A DNA stretch of 57,382 nucleotides, the filler included, from Barthelona sp. PAP020 (lineage: Eukaryota), in assembly GCA_040182905.1 (NCBI GenBank). It is 3 parts of 3 records of this genome, joined end to end, with 100 filler letters (N's around TTAATTAATTAA, not from the genome) between each part and the next. Parts side by side here need not be neighbours in the genome. Positions count along the whole stretch, not along the records: positions 1 to 19,155 come from JARQWU010000212.1; positions 19,256 to 38,334 come from JARQWU010000213.1; 1 more part is not named here. One strand, given 5' to 3'. The position numbers were made by a program, and so were the translations under genes. This document shows positions 13,001-19,931 of the stretch, one piece after another; the first letter of the stretch is position 1; each line of letters starts with the position of its first letter. A model generated the notes under the pieces. The model saw only the letters and a list, made by a program, of their open reading frames with translations. It did not search any database and was not told where the DNA came from.

Positions 13001-13883
13001 TAAAGCTGATAAAGTTGAAGCATCACCTTCTCTATTTTTATCATCTGGTTATGATACTCATGCTTACATGTGGGAAATTACGATTATTTTACGGAAAGTT
13101 TTGGTAAGTTTTGTGTCCATTTATTTGGCACATGATATTTCTTCACAATTAAATTTTGGTGTTGGGGTTATCGGAATCTTTTTGATTGTACATGCTTTTA
13201 TGCACCCATTTACATCTGAAAAAGCGTTTACTTTTGAATTGTTGTCTTTGATGTTATTATTTACAACAATGATTTGTGGTGTTGGTTTAAATGATGATCA
13301 AACCCCCAGTAATTTTGTTACTTTCATTGGATTTGCTTTATTGATTGGAAATGTGATCTTTTTATCAGTTGTTTTTGTTTTATTTGCTCGAGAACGATAT
13401 ATCATTTGGAAACGTGGAAAAGATTCATCAAATCTTGATCTAAACAACATGTTATTAACCATTGACAAAAATGCGAGAGAAATGGTACAATTCCATGTTA
13501 ATCCTTTGACAGAAAAATATTTAGATGAAAAGACTTTGGCAGAAATTAAGAAACCTCATGAAATTATTGAATTTGAACCAATAGGTCCTTACGTTTTAAT
13601 GTTTAGTGAATTAGTCAAAGAAAAATTGTTAACTAATGACACAGATTTTGAAATTGTTCAAGAAATCAAGATTTCTTTTGTTTGCAAGAAATTGAATCGT
13701 ATTGAAACAACTTTAGAATACATTAATTGGAATATCCCTAAAGTAAATCTTATTATTGAATTAGATCAATTAAAGGAAGATATCAAACTTTCAAATCAAT
13801 ATTCCATTCAAGATATTGAATTGAATGGTCCAAATCTTTATAGATATTTAGTTTCTAAATTCCTTCCACAAAATCATGTCTAA
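4035..13883 (+). CDS. Giant surface receptor-like protein: signal peptide, many IPT/TIG repeats, possible discoidin-like domain, Cys-rich (ephrin-receptor-like) repeats, multi-pass (7-9 TM) C-terminal domain
   Basis: Likely start MKFLFITLTLFILGLG (ATG 4035); repeated P.I..I.P....GG..I.I.G.NF motifs; CQACEIGTYK...CLSCPGG; GPLCSIC followed by hydrophobic helices and YMWE...LRK. Confidence 0.8.
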   Translation: MKFLFITLTLFILGLGYRYNPIFYSTNGLGYVSSPISSVNDIILNTTQYEFVNDASRFRIDPKTGLIYGLNGTHFFSYNISTNETEKCAISGSIIDFIIIGDDLYVMSNTEIFQGSKFVFDPLDPEKLCDININYGIISNGIGFSEHISSIDPLVILSTGFTRIFDLLDVVTISFDDLSIVITAIDGERDVFWVLFEDSGYYFVQRNNKDIVAVFNSESICSTGDKVKFLVLTQDEAFIAVLRNSQYYGYAVVFDNDTSTFSVELIDGFGIFSDVDSVDWGLFSQPVIKHGQHIIRIDNPDLMFSMTCDPICLPFNGWSIVMHSEKFFQVSDGGYSSQEERYSIELADILITQVHVQLPAIHVGYLTQLGLAFGDSKTPIYHDDSIVFHEPAISSFTPEILHRSYTGILGINLKFKFELLSNFNITVGNKLCKYPAGDLLITCFAPLLVGSNIPVYFTVVHGDEIFSTLKEDGTTPTVSYYSPTISHITPKTLPTLGNTKLEIYGTNFDDAANVVVYVGPFFCVLDTKLCTKELITCSAEGYGTNHAINLSLTTFDAQVQSTSFYQTIQYELPVISYVRAQTSITRKTVTYSFFGKNFGNNETVLSVSLSYNQVCENITFIQKHQKFSCDIYDGFGTKLVANLTVAGQVVTYPTTINFNVAVIKSIFVSSAPSEGGTIVHVVGEEFSDDPSKIIPRLDGLLCENVVIITPFTEFTCLLPANVGKNKLFTVAIGIESFVSQSVNFNYDDAVIQNLDTNNIVTDGLLNITGVNFGDETKEITCMIENYSATTLYHNHTHLSLLVPVGTGHNLPIVCQGGDVEFISPFNVSYPPPKMDSVVYPDTVLNNGDQLTLNGEYFGNNVEDVEVVFLTQFNSEAYEFFGSAKSTEHDTMVILVPLAGGAVVNLKIIVKGIESNEFSLSIGFAPCVIESHDPTSIATTGEEITIKGSNFPAISEISVFFTAVDNHQIECQDPIRWVTGEVSCLAPPGNAALMKVTMTFFDQSCTYKSLSYCEPEINDATEENPGELLITGDCFPIQGESVSIYFGEDTAMFPCDNVIIQAYGSITCSLPDGVGTNLPLTLHVSNQVSDPAPQRFSFPEMKVVGYEVLSTNPTDGKILIKGENFPSVGNYTLYVGSTLGTTTRMSKTELICTFSGYRTQDITLRISNLFFSLPSFTFDEPVITSVNSTDVYANGTYIEVIGSGFGIGPVLAYFGYRSVSATIKNDGIIIVLIENVGFDGASLCLNFGLDDICYGPFSLVRPSIVQTIPNVLDFDVQFVEVCGIGFSNRPGYMTVSMENKESLIRSIDYKNDFYCALVRFDVPVLEEVSIKVSVGIIESDSFSISTRSCVVSLVYPLVLSFSDELKIVGKGFEYILEENLPLYVSTVESTLMIATFTDVSNSIVSYDVCGTLFEIQVTEDLLEFTPTKIYDGVTNIVIKRLECASMEVIVKFDDEIVSSNFDITCESGYLVLTQISVEIIGKEGIIVTVEEDSRISTGYLAIFSSFVKYGVKFIDDEVYLSLGSSSFFAEDIDDFFIESQFITLFSDKELHVDLKQVLNDQLYGQVVLRWKEPPTVVFDEYISYEIDRVTENVLKTAATFTINLGFNLVNPKIIFNSPTLGSIGVFGQQIAETFEMMNAFSSMNPDNFQANYLLNTLDYYGFDGVFDINLGGAISSVEESWTFDLNDLMLDKFGENVGLVLVDDDIIYDLGNLDVFYFYGVEPTTIPQGLSVTISINSTLNPSVVFCYIKDKSFSGKIVEDQLLCDVVWNTVETVELIVQLDNNNITTTLTVFDTDIIQRLAPTLSQYDLESTVYATLRTIQPIEGIRLYSSNHIVEVNFIQEDRIIKVEMPAQTSLPYEIGELIEIQASITSNIYHKIGNFEWHNVQFVQIFATNIFPLVGIPVRVRFDQNIPTHTFPVCDVNGRYTAGFIWNSYLVCSIPFDLDSFTNGLLRISLAGPFDEDYIDVFQGYQFKDIALINSTSEVRDVCKTSHFPAQMRKERAKYNVSKQLFDVAIGANASIANEVNSIQYYFDFTLTNGDRCCVDKSNNFGQCGLEFVNIDEAYVVMKLERPAYLNMLVTAWKNPCYQQPNEISIEYASVRSYPGHSEWNSRRSVDAEPNTDLTQAEADSIIWTPLVTHYTGKGETPVGIVPRVCSSISSNYGDESLCADVLEEYIIADYLRFSWPNRLADRARAHLMALEAHGIFMAMPYKIYGTWLDVETKPGPERPFSLHPMEYMDYLELSTDFSVDLPNLRIATENIEGVLLGDDDIDSGYDVTVYYAKRKGYRPFKYESEMTFQELADLDTLLEKQMLPSEIESELEYLTIVDGIISETSVVSSNGAFDVSIRLNTPLVGSSGELFIILPPALIPISCPLIVYSGKPRVFDISGGAELYSSFTVVALDPKPILTLYDAAGNLANMTLGSMLFKVELQMYNQSTNVYKISEAFVNTEVSFVAEKNSIELDLNLASPAVGDYRLVISAINEDLSEDHSFYTYVQRWDFKIGPGEPYTVEFDMRSHAIVQNFVEPNPSIRILIKDYLGQTVDSHDTVRLTLSSDPAHVIEYNAIETRWTDVTTGRHVFDQVVYSGQHGTSFTLFVKATYGNLLMNATSPALAIASCSMFFKSVPISYQPVRYECQCSAGYEPVGDSCQACEIGTYKTTISNEKCLSCPGGKSTRSVATTVPSKCACIGNYLEINNECVDCLTDYPGLRCIDGNANGSYANYWTSTLNSTDVYSCVTSACEDTVYSVTGCGQYHSGPLCSICDEGTSKIGKNCSPCNDKLWLDILLVFLVVLFIIAWVLFLINSAKTPRSLASLFMRIGMNHFQILYSIGEFGTQWPSMLKSFFGMAGSASGNVSIPAFACWIGVTFEVESYAYYVFPLAISLIFFFVNFCKPKVEGFRFPPDATRAFLSVLYAFYSMSVSRALKGIHCIEISGESLLAADLRINCMSEEYGTLKNISYIALFGYGLGTPLLFAALLYSDRRKLQSGKADKVEASPSLFLSSGYDTHAYMWEITIILRKVLVSFVSIYLAHDISSQLNFGVGVIGIFLIVHAFMHPFTSEKAFTFELLSLMLLFTTMICGVGLNDDQTPSNFVTFIGFALLIGNVIFLSVVFVLFARERYIIWKRGKDSSNLDLNNMLLTIDKNAREMVQFHVNPLTEKYLDEKTLAEIKKPHEIIEFEPIGPYVLMFSELVKEKLLTNDTDFEIVQEIKISFVCKKLNRIETTLEYINWNIPKVNLIIELDQLKEDIKLSNQYSIQDIELNGPNLYRYLVSKFLPQNHV

Positions 13884-13991
13884 ATTATTGGTTTTGTAAG
13901 TTTATAAGTTTGTCAATCATTTTTATTTATTTATTATTTATTTATGTATATAGTATTTCAGTTAAGTAAATATATTCTTTTTTTTTTATTT

Positions 13992-14075
13992 TATTTCCAG
14001 CCAAAAAACACTGTGCGTATGAGTGAATAAAAAAGAACAGTGTTTATTTGGTTGAAGGCTTTCGGGCCGGATCAA
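13992..14075 (+). repeat. Dispersed repeat family A, copy 1 (possible terminal repeat)
   Basis: CACTGTGCGTATGAG..AATAAAAAAGAA.AGT.TTTATTTG.TT.AA.GCTTTC shared with 16903-17030. Confidence 0.75.
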
Positions 14076-14875
14076 AAATTCAATTCTCTAAAAGTTAAAA
14101 TTAAAACTGTATAATTTTGCTTTTGCCAAATTTAAAAAGGAAACAAGCACAAGAAGTTCTTTCCCAAAGACGTAACCAAGACCATACAACAGAATTTCAG
14201 TTTGGATCTCACACCATGAGTTTTGACGGAAATTCACAGAGATGACTATTTGGTTTGCTTTCTCTGTAAACAAGTTTATGTCACCACTACACCAAAGTCT
14301 CATGCCACTTATATCTTTTCTTATTCTTACAATACCGATTGTAGGAGTCCAACCCAACAAGAACAAAAAACAATTACAAATGATGTTGCTTTTATTAACT
14401 AAATTGAAGGTTGTCACACTAACAACAAGGCAGACTCATTGAAGAAATGAAAAATGTTTCTTCAATGGAAGACAAAGAGAAAATTTGGTGAATACATATC
14501 GCACTCTTGCAAGTTTAATTTGTGAATTTTGTGAGTATAAATATGTCAATACCATCACTATATCAACAAATCTGTAAAAATAAATTGGAACAATGTCCTT
14601 TGTAAAAAGTATTCGAACAAACTTTCACAATTGTGCGACATTTTCACAATGTTTAAATTAATATCGTAAGTTCAATTGGCTGCATCAATTCGAAAAAGGA
14701 AATCTCAAGAAAGAATTAAATTATATTGTGAATAGTTCTCCACAAACCAGTCAATCAAACATCAAATTTCATTTTCCCAACAATCAAATCAAAATAATGC
14801 CTGATTTGAGGGATAAATATTGAATATACAAAGAGAAATGATAAATTTGGAGGCTCTTAATTTCTTTTGTCGACA

Positions 14876-16048
14876 ATGGTTGTTAACATTGAAGTTGAGG
14901 AAACTGACCCTTATGTTAAGTATAACATGGATCAAGTTGTTGTTCCAGATGGGTTCGATGTGGATGGATTTGAAGAAGATCGACCAAAGAAGATCTATTT
15001 TGCAGCATGTGATGGTAACCTTGAAGTTGTCAAGCAGTGTATCAAAGCTGGCGTTGATGTGAACAAACAAGGTAAGGAAGGAAGGACATCGCTTTGGGGA
15101 GCTGCTTTAAATGGACATATTGAAGTTGTTGAGTTTTTGTTGGATTTTGGCGCTAATGTTAATTTGTGTTCTGATGATGGTACTTCTCCATTGTACATCA
15201 GTTGTCAAAATGGTCATCTTGATGTTGCTAAAATTCTCTTGGATCATGGCGCTCATGTTAATTTGTGTTCTGATGATGGTACTTCTCCATTGTACATCAG
15301 TTGCTTTGGTGCTCATCTTGATGTTACCAAAATTCTCTTGGATCATGGCGCTCATGTTAATTTGTGTTCTGATGATGGTACTTCTCCATTGTACATCAGT
15401 TGTCAAAATGGTCATTTTGATGTTGCCAAAATGCTCTTAAACCATAGAGCTGATGTTAATTTGTGTAGGAATGGTGGATTTTCTCCATTGTACATCAGTT
15501 GTTATAGTGCTCATCTTGATGTTGCCAAAATGCTCTTGGATTATGGGGCAGATATTAATTTGTGTTCTGATAATGGTGCTTCTCCATTATACATCAGTTG
15601 TCAAAAAGGTCATCTTGATGTTGCCAAAATGCTCTTAGGTGATGGAGCAGATGTTAATTTGTGTAGGGACGGTGGATTTTCTCCATTGTACAGCTGTTGT
15701 GAAAAAGGTCATATTGATGTTGCCAAAATGCTCTTGGATTATGGGGCAGATATTAATTTGTGCAATGATAATGGTGCTTCTCCATTATACATCAGTTGTC
15801 AAAATGGTGATCTTGATGTTGCCAAAATGCTCTTAGATCATGGAGCAGATGTTAATTTGTGTAAGAACGAGGGCACTTCTCCATTGTACATCAGTTGTCA
15901 AAAAGGTCATATTGACATAGTTGAACTTCTTTTAGATCATGGAGCTGATGTAAAACTCAAAGTTAATCAAAGATGGACACCAATGGATATTGCCAGAAAC
16001 AAAGGTCATTCCAAAGTTGTACAACTTCTCCAGCCCTTCTATAATTGA
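14876..16048 (+). CDS. Ankyrin-repeat protein (~11 repeats)
   Basis: Repeated G.SPLYISCQ.GHLDVAK.LLDHGADVN; ATG at 14876. Confidence 0.92.
   Translation: MVVNIEVEETDPYVKYNMDQVVVPDGFDVDGFEEDRPKKIYFAACDGNLEVVKQCIKAGVDVNKQGKEGRTSLWGAALNGHIEVVEFLLDFGANVNLCSDDGTSPLYISCQNGHLDVAKILLDHGAHVNLCSDDGTSPLYISCFGAHLDVTKILLDHGAHVNLCSDDGTSPLYISCQNGHFDVAKMLLNHRADVNLCRNGGFSPLYISCYSAHLDVAKMLLDYGADINLCSDNGASPLYISCQKGHLDVAKMLLGDGADVNLCRDGGFSPLYSCCEKGHIDVAKMLLDYGADINLCNDNGASPLYISCQNGDLDVAKMLLDHGADVNLCKNEGTSPLYISCQKGHIDIVELLLDHGADVKLKVNQRWTPMDIARNKGHSKVVQLLQPFYN
15140..15950 (+). repeat. 99-bp coding tandem repeat (about 8 near-identical ankyrin units, including a 198-bp higher-order duplication)
   Basis: Near-identical DNA units ttctccattgtacatcagttgt...gttaatttgtgt. 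Confidence 0.9.
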
Positions 16049-16807
16049 TCTAATCCTTTTACTTTTTTACAAACTTGAATTCACAAAACATTGTCGTATT
16101 GATAAATTATCACACAACAATATTACGTGAAAATATCCAACTGCATATCACAGCTTTCTATTCATATTTTAAATTTGCAGTTTTGAATCAAAGTGTAACC
16201 GACATTTTGTGAACCCTTCAATTTTGTTATTGATAATCAAACAGTGAGCTTTGTTCTCTTAAATGGCTCAAACACAGCGAAAAATGATCAACCTATTATG
16301 TATACTTATTTTATTTGAACTGCAATAAACATCTACTTATGTTTAATTGAGTGGTCGTATAATACAAAGACATGAACAACTTCACAATTCTTATTGCTTC
16401 CAAATAAAAGTAATGACTTTTAATGAGTTAATATGGTATGATTGGTGTTTGCTTTTTGGATTTTGAAGTTTAAAGGAAATTGTTAAAAGTTTTGAACTTT
16501 TAATTAGCTTTCAAAAAGGGTTAAAATTCTTTTTAACAAAAGAGAAATTTTGAAGTTTTGATTTTCACTTTAAAATAATAAAAGTTTCAATGGATGAATG
16601 AAGAACGAAAGCTTTTAATTGAATAAATAGTATCTTTTTTTTTATTCATTTTCATTATGTTTTTTTTGGCTGGAAATATTCATTTCAAGAATGAAAGAAG
16701 TTATAAACATGTTTCCTTTTTAAAAAAAAAACTTTGAAATGAAAAGAAATTGGTGTAGAGATAATCAACTCAGAAGACTAATTTTACCAAATTTCATTCA
16801 AAATTCC

Positions 16808-16839
16808 AGGGAGAGAGAGAGAGAGAGAAGGGGGGGGGG
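16808..16839 (+). repeat. (GA)n microsatellite followed by a G-run
   Basis: gagagagagagagagagaagggggggggg. Confidence 0.8.
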
Positions 16840-16902
16840 AATTTACTGAAATGTAATTTGAACAAGCAAGTATGAAAACTTCTTTCAGAAATTTTTCATT
16901 TC

Positions 16903-17030
16903 TGTTTCCAAACCAAGAAGCACTGTGCGTATGAGCAAATAAAAAAGAATAGTATTTATTTGATTAAAAGCTTTCAAGGCCCGATTGATCTGTTGAAAAA
17001 CTTTAGATTTTCTGAGGTAAAGTTCAAACT
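16903..17030 (+). repeat. Dispersed repeat family A, copy 2
   Basis: Direct, diverged match to 13992-14075. Confidence 0.75.
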
Positions 17031-17718
17031 TTAAAATTTTGCTTTTGTAAAAATACAAAGAATAGGAATGAAGAATTTCTCCGAAATTCTTCCACTTGAT
17101 CGTTCCAATTACATTTCAGTCCCTCAATTCCACTCTTGGGATTTTGACTGAAATTTGCCAGAATGAGTATTCTGAGTTTACTTTCTTTGTAAATAAATAT
17201 AGTTGTTTCACAACTGCACCAAGTAATATATTTTGAATCTTTAAAATTCAACACAGATTCATAAATCTGCCTTATCAAATTTACATTTTACTCAACTCAA
17301 TTCCTTCAAAAGAAAATTAAACAACACCTGTCATTTGGCACTTAAAATCCGATGAGTGTCGTCTGAGCACAATTACTCATTGATTACCAATAACTTCATT
17401 GGTTTATCTGTCAAACTATAATAAAATTATGTAAATATTTTATAAGAATTTTCCAAAATACGATATATGCGTGATCTGTAAAAAGGAAAGGAATTGAGAA
17501 ACACACATTACTGAAAGTTTGGAAAAGTCAAAATTTTTATAAATCACCCCAAATATGGCGATAGCTTTAATAAACCCAATTGTTACCTCAAAAATTTTGA
17601 ATTTAATTGTTGGGATCACTATTTTTAAAGATATGTTAAATCTCAGAATCTTCTTTTTTGGAAAATTTCAAGCCATCTCCAACCAATGTAGTTGATTAAA
17701 AATTAAAAAAAAAGTCTT

Positions 17719-18328
17719 ATGAGTGCTAAAAAAATGAAAAAAAAGTGAAATGTTGTATTAACCATGATGAATACAGTTTGATAAAAGATATTTTGCGTGA
17801 TGATTTGCTGGACATGAACTTCAAAAATGGAGGAAATATCAATCAAATGAAATTTCCTCACTTTTATGTGGATTTTGCATTGACCGGGTTTCCCTTTTGT
17901 AAATTGAGTGACTTATCACCAAATAACTCTCCTGAAGAGCTTGAAAGTTTGTTTGAATTTTGCATTAAATACAGAAATGTATTATTGGGTCAAATTGATG
18001 GACCAGAAATAGCGTCTATTTGGAAGCTCATTCCCCATGTACCAGACTCCTGTTTGAAAAGATTGTACCAAATTTATCGAATACAGCCAGATTAACCTTC
18101 CTAGAACTTTTGCCTGAACATATCATTCTCAAATATCCAGAAATTGTAAAACCGCTTTCACAAAAGATTAAAATGATTTGTGATTTGAAAAATGAAATTG
18201 TCCAGCTAAATACACATATTGATTTGCTTGTTAAAGAAAACAAACAACACAAAATCCAATTTGAACAATTTGCTTCATTCATTGAAAATCGGTTTACAAA
18301 TTCAACTTCATCTCAAAAACAGGAATAG
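17719..18328 (+). pseudogene. Frameshifted gene for a hypothetical protein with a C-terminal coiled coil
   Basis: ATG 17719/17734 frame, ORF 17745-18095 and ORF 18020-18328 link into one protein via two -1 shifts at A-runs (17737-17744; ~18057-18060). Confidence 0.5.
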
Positions 18329-18484
18329 TTAAATCAACAACCATCACAAAACAATAACATTTGATTTGGCTGTACGCTGCTTGAGAGAATATCACATGTA
18401 AATTGGGCTGACTTTTTTTTCTATTTTTTCCCACACCAAACTTTTTTGAAACCTTTATAATTTGAGACAGGAGCTAAAGACTGT

Positions 18485-18605
18485 GAAGTTTTTTTTCTGA
18501 GAACTCTGACGTTTCAATAACTCAATCCAGCCTTTAGAACCGTTATCCAAACAGAAATAATTTATTCTGTTCATTCACGCACACAGTCGTTTTTGATCCT
18601 GAATA
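18485..18605 (-). repeat. Dispersed repeat family A, copy 3 (inverted, more diverged)
   Basis: Reverse complement ACTGTGTGCGTGAATGAACAG...TGTTTGGATAACGGTTCTAAAGGCTGGATTGAGTTATTGAAA aligns colinearly with copy 2. Confidence 0.6.
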
Positions 18606-18828
18606 GTATGAAATTTAATGTCTTTTGACTTCTTCAAACAAGCAAGTATGCATTTATTTGTTGGCGTTTTTTATTATTGTCAATGCAATAAATCACCAAA
18701 AAAACAAAAAACAAAAGGAAAATGTATGAGTTCAAATGAGTCAGCCTTAATATATGAAAAGCAATTTTTTTTTTAACAAAAAAAGTTAATACATTTACAT
18801 ATAATTATTCATGCACATTCAAAATAAA

Positions 18829-19155
18829 TCAATTAAAATTTGACATTGTTTGTTGAGCTAATTTCAATAATTCCTCCAATTGATTAGTTTGAATACATTT
18901 CCTACAATTTACAACAAAATTTTGACGGGTTTGAGGATTATGAATGGCTTCAGCTAATTCAGAAATCAATTTTGATAAATATTTCAAATTTATCACTAAA
19001 GAAAAATGATTCGTTAAACGTGTCAAATGTTTTCTCTGTGCATCTTCATTTGCATTTGCAAGTTGTTGACATAATGGAGGTAAAGCTTTATAATTTTCCA
19101 AAATTCTTTCATTTTCAAGTCTTAAAACCAATTGTTTTATTGTTTGTAATTGTTC
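18829..19155 (-). CDS. 3' end of a hypothetical alpha-helical protein, truncated at contig edge
   Basis: Frame open to the contig end (EQLQTIKQLVLRLENE...); host-like codon usage. Confidence 0.55.
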   Translation of the reverse strand, partial: EQLQTIKQLVLRLENERILENYKALPPLCQQLANANEDAQRKHLTRLTNHFSLVINLKYLSKLISELAEAIHNPQTRQNFVVNCRKCIQTNQLEELLKLAQQTMSNFN

Positions 19156-19255
19156 NNNNNNNNNNNNNNNNNNNNNNNNNNNNNNNNNNNNNNNNNNNNT
19201 TAATTAATTAANNNNNNNNNNNNNNNNNNNNNNNNNNNNNNNNNNNNNNNNNNNN
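19156..19255. other. Artificial contig linker
   Basis: N44-TTAATTAATTAA-N44 (stops in all six frames). Confidence 0.97.
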
Positions 19256-19256
19256 T

Positions 19257-19559
19257 ATTTCTTTTGCCAAGCGTCGTCGTCGCAAAAACATCACTTTAAC
19301 TTATTCGGCCCTTTATGGTGCTGCAACAATGAATAATACTCTTTGTCTTGGTCTAATGTTAGGGCTTGTATATTGGAAGAAAATTGCTTGGGATTTCACA
19401 GCTGAAGTTGCCACCACGATGGTTGTTATTATTATTATGGCTATTGTTGGTGTTAAAATTAAAAATATCAAAGTGTGGTGGTTTATCCCTGTTATGTTAG
19501 TATATCCATTATCTATATTTGGCATTTATGTTTTGACAACAGTGTTCAACATTCATTAG
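19257..19559 (+). CDS. NCL-type (EF-CAX) Na+/Ca2+ exchanger, C-terminal fragment, copy 1
   Basis: ISFAKRRRRKNITLTYSALYGAATMNNTLCLG...WDFTAEV resembles the plant NCL C-terminus (RKK.RTASLTFS...GGVTMNN.LCL...W.FSSEV). Confidence 0.8.
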   Translation: MSFAKRRRRKNITLTYSALYGAATMNNTLCLGLMLGLVYWKKIAWDFTAEVATTMVVIIIMAIVGVKIKNIKVWWFIPVMLVYPLSIFGIYVLTTVFNIH

Positions 19560-19931
19560 CAGTAACCATAAATTTTTTTTTAAGATTTCTTTTTCTTCCC
19601 AAAGAAAAGTCCCAAAATCAGGTGATTTGAAAATAATTGATTTCTTCAAAATGTTATTAAGTTTTAAAGACTTTTTACAAAATAATTCAAGCTTCAAAAT
19701 TTGACATCTAGCCGAATCAATTTTCTTACTGAATTAAACAAAAAATCAAAATTTTAGTTCAATAATTTCAAAATGAAAAGACCTGAACAGTTTTCTTTGA
19801 AGAGAGATAAAAAGACGAATTCTCTAAATTGGTTGAATTTTCATCGATTGGAAAAGAATCTCCTTTGGCAAAAATTTCCAAAGAAAAAAAAAGTCAATAT
19901 ATAAAAAATAAAATTGAAAGATGATGCTTTA

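Noticed and set aside
15107..15836. Regular 99-bp repeats and alternative-frame ORFs as a CRISPR-like array or separate genes
   Set aside because: In-frame ankyrin coding repeats with no unique spacers
16808..16839. Purine tract as a functional H-DNA/G4 element
   Set aside because: Short single microsatellite with no supporting context
19156..19255. TTAATTAATTAA palindrome within Ns (also 38335-38434)
   Set aside because: Identical 100-bp synthetic six-frame-stop linker, not biological; synteny across it is meaningless
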